Assembly (NCBI GenBank): GCA_051294375.1
Contig: CM119267.1
Coordinates: 19,216,773-19,280,772, forward strand
DNA length: 64,000 nt
Direction: 5' to 3'
Source: Paraspadella gotoi
Taxonomy: Eukaryota; Animalia; Chaetognatha
Part shown: positions 41,413 through 54,657 of the stretch, in pieces
Numbering within the stretch: the stretch's first letter is position 1
How the letters are laid out: each line of letters begins with the position of its first letter
Notes under the pieces: generated by a model
What the model was told of the DNA's origin: nothing
What the model saw: the letters and a program-made list of their open reading frames with translations, nothing else
The model's database searches: none
Program-made: the position numbers and the translations under genes

Positions 41413-44400
41413 AAAAATGGTGAAAGGAGAAAAATTCGTGATATCTACAATATTTGTTTTTTTTTCCGGGAGGGTAATAGTTTAAAATGTAAATTCTTAC
41501 TCGATAACATTACTTTGTTACAAAGATACGAAAGCGTCCGTACTTTCCCGTTTTTCCCTGTACGGGACGAACGTGCCTCGCACGGACCGTTCGTACTGAG
41601 TATGTTGCAGGAAGGAACCCTCTTCTCTACGACGACAGGGTCACTCTTCGCCGATTTAGGTAATGTTAAATATTTACAATGTTTTATATTTGTTAATATA
41701 TATATTTCGTTTTCCACTTTTTTTTTGGGGGGCACGCTTTGGAAGATCCCGAATCTCCGCTTCTGTCGGAGCGACCGTCTCTTCAGGATCGTCCATACGT
41801 TTCGGATTGATGATAATTAATTCGTAATAATTTTAAAAAATAATTTTGCGTCATTTTATTTTTTAATGGACGAAGATCAACCTTCTGATCGTCTAGCAGT
41901 CCAGGGTCCGCCAGAAAAAAAATAAAAGGGCCTTTAACATTGACAACATTTATAAGTAGTAGGAATTCGCTTCTTTTTTTTGTAATAATTATACTAAGAC
42001 GTAACGTGGTGTAACGTAACCGGGAATTTGGATTCTTTTTTGTTTGCTGTTTTTTTTTCTATTAAGGAAAATTAATATAAAAAAGAAAAGGGGAAAAATA
42101 TCGTAGGTTTAGACGAGGGATGCACTCGTTCAAAAAAAAACCCTTTTTGAAAAGAGAGTCGGTAGTCAGACCGGCTTGGGACAATTTTCAGAAACTAGGC
42201 AATCATTTCCTTTATGACTACAATTTGACTATTTCTTTTATAATTCTAAGCAAGAGATGAAAACAATGTATTTACAATAAACCAAATTGAGTTTAATTAA
42301 CTTTTTTTTTTACGAAGCACGAAAGAAGAAAAAAAGAATTAAAGATAGACTGAGAGCTTTTTTTTAAAGTCGAAACGACTTTTATTGGAAGCAATAGAAT
42401 ACACGCGGCAAACGTCTCTTCCAATGGTTTCAAATGCATGCAACTTTAACAACGAGATATATGTATGTATATATATATATCCTAGAAAACAACGTGCTTG
42501 CTTCTCCATCCCTGCCAAAGCTTTAGTTGAAAAAAAAATTCTACTAATTTTTTTAGATTTTTTTCAACAAGGCGACTGGTGGAGTTATTTTTAATTTTCT
42601 TTTTTTTTTAAATAGATTAAAAATTCTCCCGGATAACTTATTAGGAATTTTATCTATTTATTATTTTTTTTCGACGTTGTTATGATCATTATTATTGTAT
42701 TAAATGCAACAGTTACTTTCTGGTATGGACACTTGTAATCGACCGTATCACCGGCCGTTGGATTAAGCAGAAAAAACGATAGTAAGAATAAATTTTGTTC
42801 CTAGGAAAATTGTCAAACCAAAAATCATCTTCATGTCAAGACGCAATATTATTTACTTTTTCAAAGGGAAATTGATTTAAAGGGAGCAGTGAAGATTTTT
42901 TAGGGTGAAGTGGGTGATGTGTGCAACGGTGAATTTTGTTTTACTTTTAAAATGACATTCGTGATACGTATAGCAGTCAAATGATTAGCTTCGAGCCGAG
43001 GGGGAAAGTCTTAGTGATTAATTTGTGTACTATCTCTTATATATGTACTTTTAAGGGGATAGAGAAACGGAAGAGTAAAATTTTGTTTGGCGAATTAAAA
43101 GGTCAAGAGTTGGTAAAAGGGTTCGAAGAAGTTTTTGAAGCATAGACTTTTGGTTCCAGGTCACCTAGCTATTCTTCTGTGACGATTACGATGTATAGCG
43201 ACGAATATGACTTTTTTTAACTTTCTCACTTTTTTTTTAAACTTACTCTGACGGGGGAAATATTTTTTCATGTATTCAAAACGATGATAATTTAAATATA
43301 GAGCTTGGAGGGACGGGAAGAAGAAAATTAAGAAAGGAAAAAGGAAAAAGGCAGGCATTTTCTATATTTTGGCACAATCCGGCCGAGCGTCTTTGTTTCA
43401 CAAAGTATTTGCACAGGTCAGCGACATTGTGTGAACGATTGCTTTTATTTTGTGAACGATTTTTTGTCTTTTTTTTTGTTTGTGAACGATTTTGGTGACT
43501 TGTGTGAACGTTACGAATTATTTTACGAATGCAGAAATGTGAGGGCAAAAAAAAGAATAAAATTGTTAAAAGTTTTAGTCTTTTTTTTTTAATTTTTGGG
43601 GGCGGGGGAAGGAGAGAGAGCGGGTCCGGAGGGCTGGCCGCTGCACCAAAAAAGTCAAAAAGCAAAGGACAGTCTGACCTCACCCTCGCGGAGCCGATTC
43701 TCTCATTTGGGATTCTTCCCCCGCTTCGTCTCCCTTCACTCAAATTAAATGCCTTTGTTCTCTTTATTATTTGTTTTTATGTTCAGTGTCCAATAATCTA
43801 CAATCCTTTCTCAACATTCTTTTTTTTTTTTGTAATAGAGAGAGGAGAAAAAAAAATCTGCCGTTGTTTTGACTATTTTTTTTTCCTTGTTTACAGAAAT
43901 ACAAACATGAAGTTTATTTTATAGCCACAAAACAACTCGGGGGTGTCGGCGACAAGAGTCTGTGTGCGTATATGCAATTATGCATCTTGGTTAAGATCTC
44001 GTGATAAAAAAAATACAGATCACGCCTTTTTCTGAGTTCCGACTATAAAATAACCTTGATGAAAATAATTCCTTGGCTCAAAAAAAAAAGTGCGTACACA
44101 CGGACGCGACGCGGACGATCGCCGCGCGACGCGTGCGCATGCGCGGCATCCAAAAAATAAAACACATATGCAAACAAATGAAACCAGAAGAAATTTATTT
44201 TGTGTATATAATAATCGATGGGATGTATTTCTTTTTTTCTTTTTTTGTTTTCGGGTAACCGAAATTTGAGCGATATGAGCGGTACTACAGGTTTTTATTT
44301 TATTTGTTTATTTTAAAAATCCATTTTCCATTACAAATTACCTTTTTTTTAAATTTACGATGATAGCAGTAAAAATTGCAAAACACACTGGTAACGAGTT

Positions 44401-45445
44401 TTTTTGTTTTTTTGTTTTTTTTGTTTCGGTTTTTTTTGGTTTTGTTTGTTTGTTGTTTTTGATTTAACATTTCACGCAAACATACACGGTAGTGTACATG
44501 GTGATTAGTTTTTGAAAACAACTAAACCATTTAGAAATACAGAACGCAAAAATAAAAGTTTATTAAACTGAGTCCGAAGTTTAGAAAAGAAACATAATAA
44601 CAGCGTTTTTTTATCGGTACAGGGAATTCGAATTCAACTCGAAGACAAAGCGTATTTCTGTCGCCGAACGAAAAAAAGAGGTTTTTTGTTTGTTTTTGGT
44701 TTTTTTTTTCATTCTTTGTTTTGTTTTTGGTTACACGAGACAAATTAAGATCGTTAAATTGAGACTGATTTTTTTTCTGTTAATAGCTACTCTAAGGTGA
44801 TCTATATAAACTATTTTTTTACATAATTTTGCGTGTGCGGCTCGTTTAGTTTTTTTTTTATTTAATTACATAGTTAAGTAAAAATAACACGATCTTTCCT
44901 AATACTAAAAGACAACTGGGATGTTTCTCTCTCAATTGGTATAAACTTGGAAAAGATTTGAGCGATTCTGAAAAGGGATGAATCGATACATAAATCGATG
45001 TATATTATACATTTTATAATCATCTTTTTTAACACATTTCTCTTTTTTTTTCCTTCTTTTTTTCGGCAGTTTAAAGCGGAAAATATCTACAATCTCTAAT
45101 CATCGATGAAAATTGTTTTGTTTTTGTTTTGTGAATAAAACGAGCGATCTGTAGTAAGATCCATATGAATACACACATATACACACACACGGCTACGCTA
45201 GTGCATGACGCTCTTAGAGAGAGAGATAGAGAGAGATAGACACATCGATTTTTAAAAAAATTTAAAAAACACGACTTGACGCTAGTCGTTTTTTGTTTTG
45301 TTTTTTATTGGTGGGGGGAGGGCGGTCTACACTCGACGCCGCGCCCATCGCGACCCGGGGATCCGCGCCTTCGACTTCCGGCGCCGACTTCAAAAACTCG
45401 CGACGGCGCCCGTCGAGATTACGGCGCGGACCCTCGCCCATGAGT

Positions 45446-45550
<105 letters not shown>

Positions 45551-46101
45551 AAGTCGATGGGCGAGGCCGTCGATCCACGTCTACAAGAATCGGGTTTTTT
45601 TCTATTTACGACAAAACAGCTCCACAGAACGTCCTCCATACACGAATACGATTAAAGCAAAAAAAGCTCATGGTTGTTTTTTGTTTTGGTTTTTTGTTTT
45701 GGGTTTAAAATGACACTTTTTTAAAAGGGGGTAAAGAGATGGTGTTAGACTCGAGAAGGATAAGAGGACGAAAGTTAGCGCCACCAAAGCAAAAAAAAAA
45801 TTGAAATATTTACGATTTACGGACAAAATGGGAAATGAGAAAAAAAAAGAAAAGAACACGTAAAGATTGAACGGAAACATGTCCGGGTGGGGGAAAACGC
45901 GGTTTTCAAATAGGGGAAACAAAAAATTCAATTGTTTTATAGTTCATGAAAACTTTTGTGGTTATTATTTATTTTTTCAACTTTAACTAAAAAGTGAATA
46001 CGTAATTCTACGGGCGCGATGGGGGAAGATGAAATTATTTTTGTTCTTTTTGTGTCTCCTTATTTTTTGTTGTCTTTTGTTCCTCTGTTGATTCCTTCTC
46101 T

Positions 46102-46188
46102 TCAAACTTGCGTGTGACTGCCACCTAGAGGTTCGTTGCCAAATCCTTCGAACCCCAGCATTTGCGGAGGCGTGCTGTAGCTCTGGTA
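46102..46188 (-). CDS. Gria: AMPA-type iGluR terminal exon (YQSYSTPPQMLGFEGFGNEPLGGSHTQV*)
   Basis: ccctaac branch point plus caacag| acceptor, phase 0. Ends in a class I PDZ ligand T-Q-V then TGA. Confidence 0.8.
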   Translation of the reverse strand, partial: YQSYSTPPQMLGFEGFGNEPLGGSHTQV

Positions 46189-48148
46189 CTGTTGATGGTG
46201 TTAGGGAACATGATGGGGAAAGAAAAAGCGTCTTTAGTTTATCCAAAGATATCAAAGATCCATAATTAATAAATATTTTTTCTCGCTTTGTTGCAGACTA
46301 CAAAATTTAAATATAAAAATTAATTTAACTTTGTTTATATCACGCTTCAAGATATTAAACATAGACTCTAATTCTTAACTCTGCAAATATGAAAAAAATG
46401 ATATAAAATAATAAACATATAAAACGATCGAAATTACGACGTAACTTCGACGGATACTTACAAAAAAATCACATGATCCCGTGAAACCAATGAAAAATTG
46501 AATAAAAATATGAAAAAGTTGAATAAAAATTTTTTCAGCAAATTTACACGACAATGTACAAAGAAACATCACTAAAACTAACATTGTACAACACTAACTG
46601 ACTCAGCAGTGTTCACGGTCATATCAAAGGTTTGAACAATCATCCACTGCTGTTTTCACAGCCAAATATTCAAAAATTCAAGGATTCAAGGAGACGACAA
46701 AAAGTCAAAAAAGAATGGAGATTGAAGAAATGTTTTTTTTTTCAAAATATACATGCAATCATCCAATTCGTCGTACAAACTTAAAATTTTTAAACTGGGT
46801 GAAATAAATAATCTTGGGAAAAGGTGAATAATGAATAATAATAGTATTGTACTGAATAACAAAACTTATTCAATGTAATCAACAAAATTTGGTTCGACGA
46901 TATGCACGATGGCAAACAAGAAAGGTTTCTAATTTTTTATATTTTATTTATTTTAATATTATATTTACATCTGATAACATTCTATATCAGTATATTTTCA
47001 TTTTTGGTTATTATGAACAGTTACTACCAAACGTGCAATAAAACACTAGACCCAACCACTTCTTAAGGTTTTTTTCATTCAAATACCATGTAATCCATAA
47101 TCAGAAAAGTTTTTGAAATTTCATTTTTTATCAAATTGTCTGCATACTATCCGGACATGCAGGCAAGCTGCAGCCTGGTTTTTATCTGTTTTTTTTTGTT
47201 TAACAATATTATGTTTATTTGGAGGAATATGCAAATTGGGATTTTAAAAACAGAGGATTAAGCCGCGGGTTTCAATAGATGAGAAGTAAAAGAATTTTGA
47301 GAAGAGGCAAATTAAGAAAGAAATAATGGAAACTAACACTTAAGGTGTATGAAACAAAGAACATTTCCCGAACTGAGGTTAAATTTTTCCATATTTTATC
47401 GGCAGAAAAACGTTGTTTTTTTTGTTTTGTTTTTTATGAACTGTCTTAAAACTTTCTTGAATACCATTTTAAGCGATCACAACCATAAATCAATAAAGCT
47501 AAATGATTGCATTGAATGATAAATAATCATTGTAACCAAGCTCGCTATGGTACATACTCGAGAAAACATATACATTTATAATGAAAACAGTGCAGATAAA
47601 TCAGTTTTGTAGTTGAGAAATAAAATTCAGAGAGAAAGGCGGAAATTCGTAGTGTTAGCGACCGGTTATCTGACTCATCTATAAAAATTTCTCAAAAGAG
47701 GATCCGTGCAAAATTTCAATTACTAGTAGTATGAATGAAAATCAATGCGGGACCATGAAAGACATCTCTGACTGGCCACTGGCTTCAACGTTAGGTAATC
47801 ATTGTTGAGTCTGTAGATTGCGATCTTTTCAAAGTTTTTGGAACATTGGCATTGCTTGTATTTATATTGGGAATTTCAGCAAATTGATTCTTTTAGAAAT
47901 TTAAATTCATTCTTTGTTTCCCATGACGCATCAATAGGAACCAAACCATAAAGTAAGAGAACATGGCACAGTTCTCAATGTGGATGACTTTTGTGAAAAA
48001 ATTACTAGAATTAATTGATTTATCTGTACTGTTATTTAATGGGTCGTATTGAATTTTTTAAAAAAATGTTTAGAAAATTTTTTTTAGGATAATAAGGAGC
48101 AGAAAAACACATATGAATGGAGCCGGACGAGCAAAACTTTCTTTCTAC

Positions 48149-48250
48149 CGGAAGTCTTGGCGGAGAATTGAGACGCCCGTTTTCTCGTTCGGGCGTGGCA
48201 CTACGCACGGACATGCGCGCCTTCTCCCTCATCGCCGATGAAAACGACGT
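48149..48250 (-). CDS. Gria: iGluR C-tail exon (TSFSSAMREKARMSVRSATPERENGRLNSPPRLP)
   Basis: Resembles the long tail of vertebrate GluA4/GluA2L ([13 protein letters not shown]..ENGRV); ttgtaag| acceptor, CCG|GTAGAA donor. Confidence 0.8.
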
Positions 48251-48512
48251 CTTACAATGAGAAAATTTCAGTAGAAAAAAAAAAAGTTGACAATGGGGTA
48301 AGAGTAACTTTTTTCATGTATATGCATTTATTTTTTTATTATTATTATAAAAATAGGGTCGACTTGGTCGTCCTAATAGCTTCTCATACGTTTATGAATG
48401 TTTTATTTTGAATTACACAGCTGGCAATTGTAAAATCATTAAATTCTAATATTACCCTTACAAAATAAAAAATCATAATTTCTACTATTCCACGAAAATA
48501 AGCTTTGATTAC

Positions 48513-48542
48513 CTCCTTGGGATGAGTCAAATAATCAGCAGT
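48513..48542 (-). CDS. Gria: 30-nt in-frame microexon (TADYLTHPKE) in the iGluR C-tail
   Basis: Long pyrimidine tract plus TTGCAG| acceptor, GAG|GTAATC donor, phase 0-0, no stop. Confidence 0.6.
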
Positions 48543-49009
48543 CTGCAACAAGGGAGCAAAAAGAAAGAAGGAATTTTTACTTAAAGGTTAATTTTAATTA
48601 TTTAAAGCAGTATGATTTAAAAAAATTTCAAAGCTTTGAAAAATAGCTTTGAAAATCTTTTAAGTTGTGAGTGATGTCGGTGTCATGACTAATCTAACAG
48701 GTGTTCTGTGTAAAATTCAAAATTATGGAAGTACTTATCTTCTCTTAATTTTATCAATTTAGAAAGTAAATTAATACTGAAGAAAACGCGACATTATAAT
48801 ACTCAAAGTGAAAAGTTTGTGACCATGATAGAAACAGATGTATGAGGAGGATGAGCAAAATCAAGAAGGAATATATTAATGGATTTACAATAAAAAAAAT
48901 GATTTTAAGATGTTTTAACGCAAAAAAACAGGAACAGAGAACATCTTTAAATAGCCACGAAAGTAAGTATGTGCCACAAGACCAAGTACCGACATATTTC
49001 TTAACTGAC

Positions 49010-49165
49010 CTGCAGTCCACCTCTGACTTTTGACCTCCGGTTCTCGAGGCGAGATTTGTAGCAGAACTCAAGCAGAGCCATCACCATCGCCAGAGTGAGT
49101 CCCCCGATTAAGATGTAAAATACGCCGGCAACGTTACTCAGGGAGAGGGCATTCTGGGAGCCGTC
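49010..49165 (-). CDS. Gria: iGluR M4 exon ([46 protein letters not shown][VRGGLQ])
   Basis: AMPA-receptor signature [17 protein letters not shown]...EFCYKSR. Donors at 49028 (AAA|GTCAGA) and 49010 (CAG|GTCAGT). Confidence 0.95.
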
Positions 49166-50299
49166 CTGAGTTGGGGGCAAAAGTTGGGGAAATTATTAAA
49201 TTTTCTGCTTTTTTTAATTCGAATGTGAGACAATTTAACTTAAAAACAATAAAAGCGTTAAAGAACGTCAAATGCTTAACTAAATATTACCTGTTTTGTT
49301 TGAAGTTTTTTTTTTTATTTTATCACAAAAAAAAAAGAACAAGAAGAAAATGATGAATTAATGATTGCGCTGAATAGATTAAATGGATACGCATGCAACG
49401 AGAAGATAGGATTTCGAGTGCTAAACATTTGTTAGGCTCCTTGCAAGGAATTTTGAACAGAATTTTCTATTTTGGTTGTAACTACGGTTGATTGTTGAAC
49501 ATCAAACTAGTAGAGTATCCTAACAATATGCGTTTCATATTGTTTTTGATAAGGATTAATATTGACTAAGTACTCGTAACCATTAATTCTTTTCCAAAAA
49601 TTAAAGTTTAGGAGATGTTAAAATTTTTTTTTTGTTGGATATCAGACGCGATTTTAATCTAATGATTAATTTCTAATTTCTAAATTTTATGGCACTCAAA
49701 ATATACCAACCTTCTGTAAAATTGGAATTTAAAGTTGAAATTGTCAATAAAATGTTTTGATTGAGTTTTGATAGTTTTAGTATAGCTTGTGGCATGCTGA
49801 TATTCTAAAAATAGCATATTTGAAAATACAAAGGATGTAAATGTCAAGACTTATTAATACTGATGATCACAAGTAAATATCACTAAAAGCAACATACATC
49901 CTTTGTGTATTATTTACAAAGATAGCGACATGCTTGTTAGATTGTGTTAAGAATTCTCAGTGGCATTTTAGTATTGACTAAAGTCTTTTTTTTTAAATTC
50001 TGCAGCCATAACAATGTTGAAGGGTACCAATTTTTATGAATATTCCTTAAATTTATACCAGAGGCAAAATACTGACTCTATTTTGATCCCTTCCTTTGCG
50101 AGAGGGATTTGGCTATTTAATTCCCAAGTTAGTCAGTAAACCAAAAATTAATTCCTACGCAGCAAAAAAAACTACAGGAAATTTCACGTGAGAAAAAATG
50201 GTGCCTTTGAGTGTCATTTCACAAAGTGCCGCCAGATCGAAATTGTGTAGTGCGCCAAAAACGTGCCCGTGACAGTTTCAAAATTGAAAAGTAAAATAC

Positions 50300-50408
50300 C
50301 TGCATTTCCCCTTTGCCGCACTCAGATCGGTCATACCACCACTTTGTCTTTAATTTTGTTAGGTCACCCCCCTCCAGTAATAGGAGTACAGTGTATGACA
50401 AACAGTCC
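50300..50408 (-). CDS. Gria: Flip/flop-position cassette exon E (DCLSYTVLLLLEGGDLTKLKTKWWYDRSECGKGEMQ)
   Basis: ttgttag|G acceptor, CAG|GTATTT donor, 109 nt, phase 2-0, KWWYDRSEC motif. Confidence 0.9.
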
Positions 50409-51230
50409 CTAACAAGAATAGAATGTAGTTTAAATATTTCTCTCATGACACCTTATAGCTGTTTTTCATTTCAGAGTTTGTTTTTTTTTTAAGGATGATT
50501 TGTTGGTCATCATAGATGGAGAAGGTTTAAAAGCGAAAATGGTGCAAGTGCGCTGTGTTTTAAATTTGATAGAAAAAGGGACAGCGTTTATTTCATGCAC
50601 GTAGCAAAATTTGGCTTTAAAAATTAAACGCGCAACAAAAAACTTTTTCGCAAAGAGGTCAATGTTAAAAAAAATTTATGTTGATATCTTAATTTGTTTA
50701 AAACTTCCATTGGAATGTTTCTTATACGAAAACACTGATTAACCTCACATGGCGTTACAGTGACATAAAATGAAGAAGAAAACATTTAAAGCAGACATCA
50801 CAATCCTGAACCATGCAAACCAAAGTTCTGTTTGCCGAAACAAACAAAGTTTGCTTAAACTTAAAAACGCCCAAAGCTATCTCTTTACATGGCTTGAATA
50901 ATGGAATGATTTAACTACTGAGCTGATAATAAAGAATAGTTTAATGAGGTTTTCTCAAACAATTTTCTGTTTTGTTTTTTTAATCCCTGCTTGGATTTCT
51001 TCAAAAATTAATTGTGCTCTTAGTATTTAAAACCATTTTTTCTTAAAAAAAGAAAACCTCACTTTCCAACTGTGAAAGCTCGAAAAACTACTCTTGGGGG
51101 GAATGACATCCAATAAAAATTCCTAATTTTCCAATCAAGATTCACATGGATTAAAAACGAAAAAAAATTTTAGGAGAAAGAGGAAGAGAGCGAGATATAG
51201 ACGAAAAACTATTTAAGCAAAAGCTAGTAC

Positions 51231-51345
51231 CTTGGTACCATCGTTTTGGCCACACTCAGATCTATCATGCCACCATTTCTTCTTCAGATTATGCAATTCA
51301 CCATCTTCTTGCAATGATAATACAGCTAGCGAGATGCAACTTTTG
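51231..51345 (-). CDS. Gria: Flip/flop-position cassette exon D (SCISLAVLSLQEDGELHNLKKKWWHDRSECGQNDGTK)
   Basis: AAG|GTACTA donor. Phase-2 AG acceptors are possible at 51348, 51345 or 51339. Confidence 0.88.
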
Positions 51346-51447
51346 CTGCTGTTGTGTGTAAAAAAATAACGGGTGGGAGCGAAGGAAAAAAAAAAACCGG
51401 GATTTTGTTTTAGACAGCTAAAGTGGATCGGTTCCGTCGGGTCGTAC

Positions 51448-51556
51448 CTTGGCCTTGTCCTGGCCGCACTCGCTGCGGTCATGCCACCACTTTTTCTTGA
51501 GGCGGTGCAGCTGACCGTCCTCTTGAAGCGACAACACACTCAACGAAATGCACGAC
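51448..51556 (-). CDS. Gria: Flip/flop-position cassette exon C (SCISLSVLSLQEDGQLHRLKKKWWHDRSECGQDKAK)
   Basis: AAG|GTACGA donor, intact frame. The acceptor is uncertain: the nearest phase-2 AG gives a start at 51580. Confidence 0.82.
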
Positions 51557-53735
51557 TTCAACTCCTCCTCTCCTCCATTGCTTCCGTTTTAGAGAATCAA
51601 GCATAAAGAATCTGGTTCAATTCCTACTCTATAAGGTAGTATTTTTATCCGCTATTTAATGCCTATCTAACTTAGGATTGTGGTAAAAGCAGACTCATTT
51701 GCATGTATTTCAAAAAGAAAGAGAAAAAATAGGGTGTCATTCTTAAAAATAGACCTAAAGAAATTGAAATTTGTATCAGTCTGTTTATCCAGTAATCATA
51801 ACATAATAAACAACTTATGGAAATATTGGAAAATGTTGGCAAGAGTCTAGTTTTGTCTAGCTTCAGCTTAGCAGGGTAGCAGGCCAAAATCTTATCTTAT
51901 CTTTTGAAAATATCATCAAAGAGAAGCATTTTAATATATTTAATTCAAAGATTCTGCCCTTCAGCTTTTCAAAGGCTCTTTTCACCTGAAGAAGGAAAAA
52001 ATTATCAAGCATGGAAACTCTAAAATGAACAAAAACATTTGACATTAGGGTTGACAAAAAGAAAAAGAATAGAAAATTTAACATACGGTTAGAACAACAA
52101 ATCGTATTTCCTTTCTTTTTATTTAAAAGATTAAATTAAACCAGCTGTTGATTTAAAAAATATCTTTACAACGTAAAATAAAGCAGAGGAAAATAGAAAG
52201 CTACCTCACAAAACACTAGTTTTAAAGTTTGAAAATGAGAGACAAATAAAACCGATTTATTGTTTCAACCAATTTAAAACCAGTATTTTATTTCTTTTAA
52301 AATTATATACTTAAGTCATTAAAATTCTTCCATAAAAAATCATGCGATAATGTTACTAAGTCTCCAAGAGTTTTCATGTTTGATTTGTTCTTTTTGCAAT
52401 AGTCAGGGATAAAGTGGTTTTGTTTTAAAGCCAAAGAATTGAAGACACATTTAAAGAAGTAAGGTAAATGAAAAAAATACTAGAAAAGAACAGCCCAAAA
52501 ACACATTGAAGAAGAGGTTCATGCAAATTTCCTAACATAAATAGGTCCGATATTGTATTTGGTGTTTTTCAACCAAACTGGGCGAATATATTAACTTTCT
52601 TTCCAGTTGGAATTGAGAAAAATATTTTAACGACACTGAAGTAATAATCCAAGCAAATTTTGTCAGGTAACCCAAATGAAACTAACTATTCTAAGTTGAA
52701 AAATTATTAACACTATCTGAAGGAAATACAATGGTCTTAATATTTACACTCTTTTTAAACACTCGAGGTTTTTCAATTTTAGAAGAAGGTACAATAATCA
52801 CGTCACGGACATCTTCTCGAGGTCAGAGGCGTTTTTCACGCAAAAATATTTTTTTCCGAAAGCCAAAAAGTCACTTTGGTGCATATTTAGTATGTTACCT
52901 CTGGTATTCGACACAAAAAGAAACGTATATCATGCTTAAAATATCATGCAATCCATAAACCAATGTTGTATCATGGTTCTACTGATTCGGATAGGAAGGA
53001 GACATGCATTAAGTCTCCAAAGGGAGACAAAGTCTCAATTTTCCGACAATAGCATCAAAAGAAGGAATGCTTCATTGAAGATAGAAACTTGCCAACTGTT
53101 TGAACAAAATAATTCTTTTAAAACAACGAAGGTCACTAAAAAGTTGCTTTAGTTCATTTCATTTCCTTGCTTCTGCTGTCTTTTATCAAGTGGATCCATG
53201 AAATTCAAAAAGTAATATATGTTAGTTGATGTGTTCTAGGAAAATCAAAGTGCTTGGTTAGTCTTTGGTGAAGGAGTGAGTATGGTGTGATGAACTGAAA
53301 CCTCGCTTAGTGGATATTGAAATATGAAATAGTTTTATTTTATTACTTTTGGTTGAAAGTTTAGTAGTAAAAGTGATGAGAATTTGGTTATATTGCAATG
53401 TTTTTTTTCTTATATGATAAAAATTAATACAAGCTTTTCAAGCAGCAATTGAGTTTTGTATTTCGTTCATTAGTAAGCATTTTGTATCATTCGGAATTTT
53501 AGTAATGTAGTATCAATGTTTTTTTTTTCAATCTCTTTATTATTCAGGAGGCAAACAATATCTTTTGTTAGTAAGCATTGCTTAGCCATTCTATTTAAAC
53601 ATTGACATATGAATTTCAAACTTATGAGTCGGAATTTCTCATTCGATTAATGAGATCGTACCAACAAATCTATGGCAAGATCTATGAACGAAATCCTTTT
53701 TTTTTTTCAAAAAAGTTGTTCTGAAGGTTCAATAC

Positions 53736-53850
53736 CTTTGAGCCTTTTTCTCCTTGTCCACACTCAGATCGGTCATACCACCATTTCGTTTTTAGCTTTT
53801 GACAGTCGCCACTTTCTAGCAGTTCTAGAGTAGTTAGAGACAGGCACGTC
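53736..53850 (-). CDS. Gria: Flip/flop-position cassette exon B (TCLSLTTLELLESGDCQKLKTKWWYDRSECGQGEKGSK)
   Basis: tttatag|G acceptor, AAG|GTATTG donor, 115 nt (the same length as vertebrate flip/flop exons), phase 2-0. Confidence 0.92.
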
Positions 53851-54657
53851 CTATAAAGGTGGAATTTAATTTTCACGCACAGTAGAAGCTTAAGCCAGTA
53901 GAATTTTTTTTTTTTGCATAATTTATTTAACTGCCTAAAAATTAGATAATTAGAGAAAAGCGCGCGCTTAACCTCTGCAATTAAAAAAAAATTATTTTCA
54001 TGAAAAGAATTTAAATTTAATGTTGGTAGCATGCAGGTTTCAATTGGTTTCATGACCATGGTGAAAGCGTTATTCTCTTGCGGCTCGTTGCTGGATTAGC
54101 GTTTGCAGTATTTCTCTTTTGGCTGAATGCAGTGGACAGTATGGATAGTACTCTTGGTTTTAAGTTACTCCCCCTATATTCGCTAAATCTTCGAGGAAAT
54201 GACATGAATTTAAAAATTAAAAAAAAAAATTCTTTGATACAGATTTAAAAAAACTAAACAATCACACAAGATGAGATCGCTGATAACGAGAACATTGGTG
54301 AAAAATCAAGACAAAATAGATGAGCGTATTCGAAATTTAAGATAAGAAAAGTAATGTTTGCTAATAAAAATATGCTTAAGTTGCAATCGCTATCTATTTC
54401 TTTTAAAATTTTTTTTTTCGGCTAGAAAAGAGAAAAAGAGTAGCAACCAAAAAAATTACTAATGATTACACTTATTCAATTTCTAAAAAAAAAACAGAAC
54501 CAAAATCGAGTTTTCTAAAAATTTCCCCGAGAAATCGCGGGGGAGAAATGTGGGGGGAATTTGTAGAAAAACCGAAAAAAAGCGAATAAAAAAAAAAAAA
54601 AAAAAAAAAAAACAAACGAACAATCGGGAGTTGAGTTTTTTTGTGATCTTTTCTTAC

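Noticed and set aside
46599-46649. Possible extra 51-nt C-tail exon (QWMIVQTFDMTVNTAES) and a similar island at ~47730-47825
   Set aside because: The frame is compatible but the acceptors are weak and there is no homology; not supportable without RNA.
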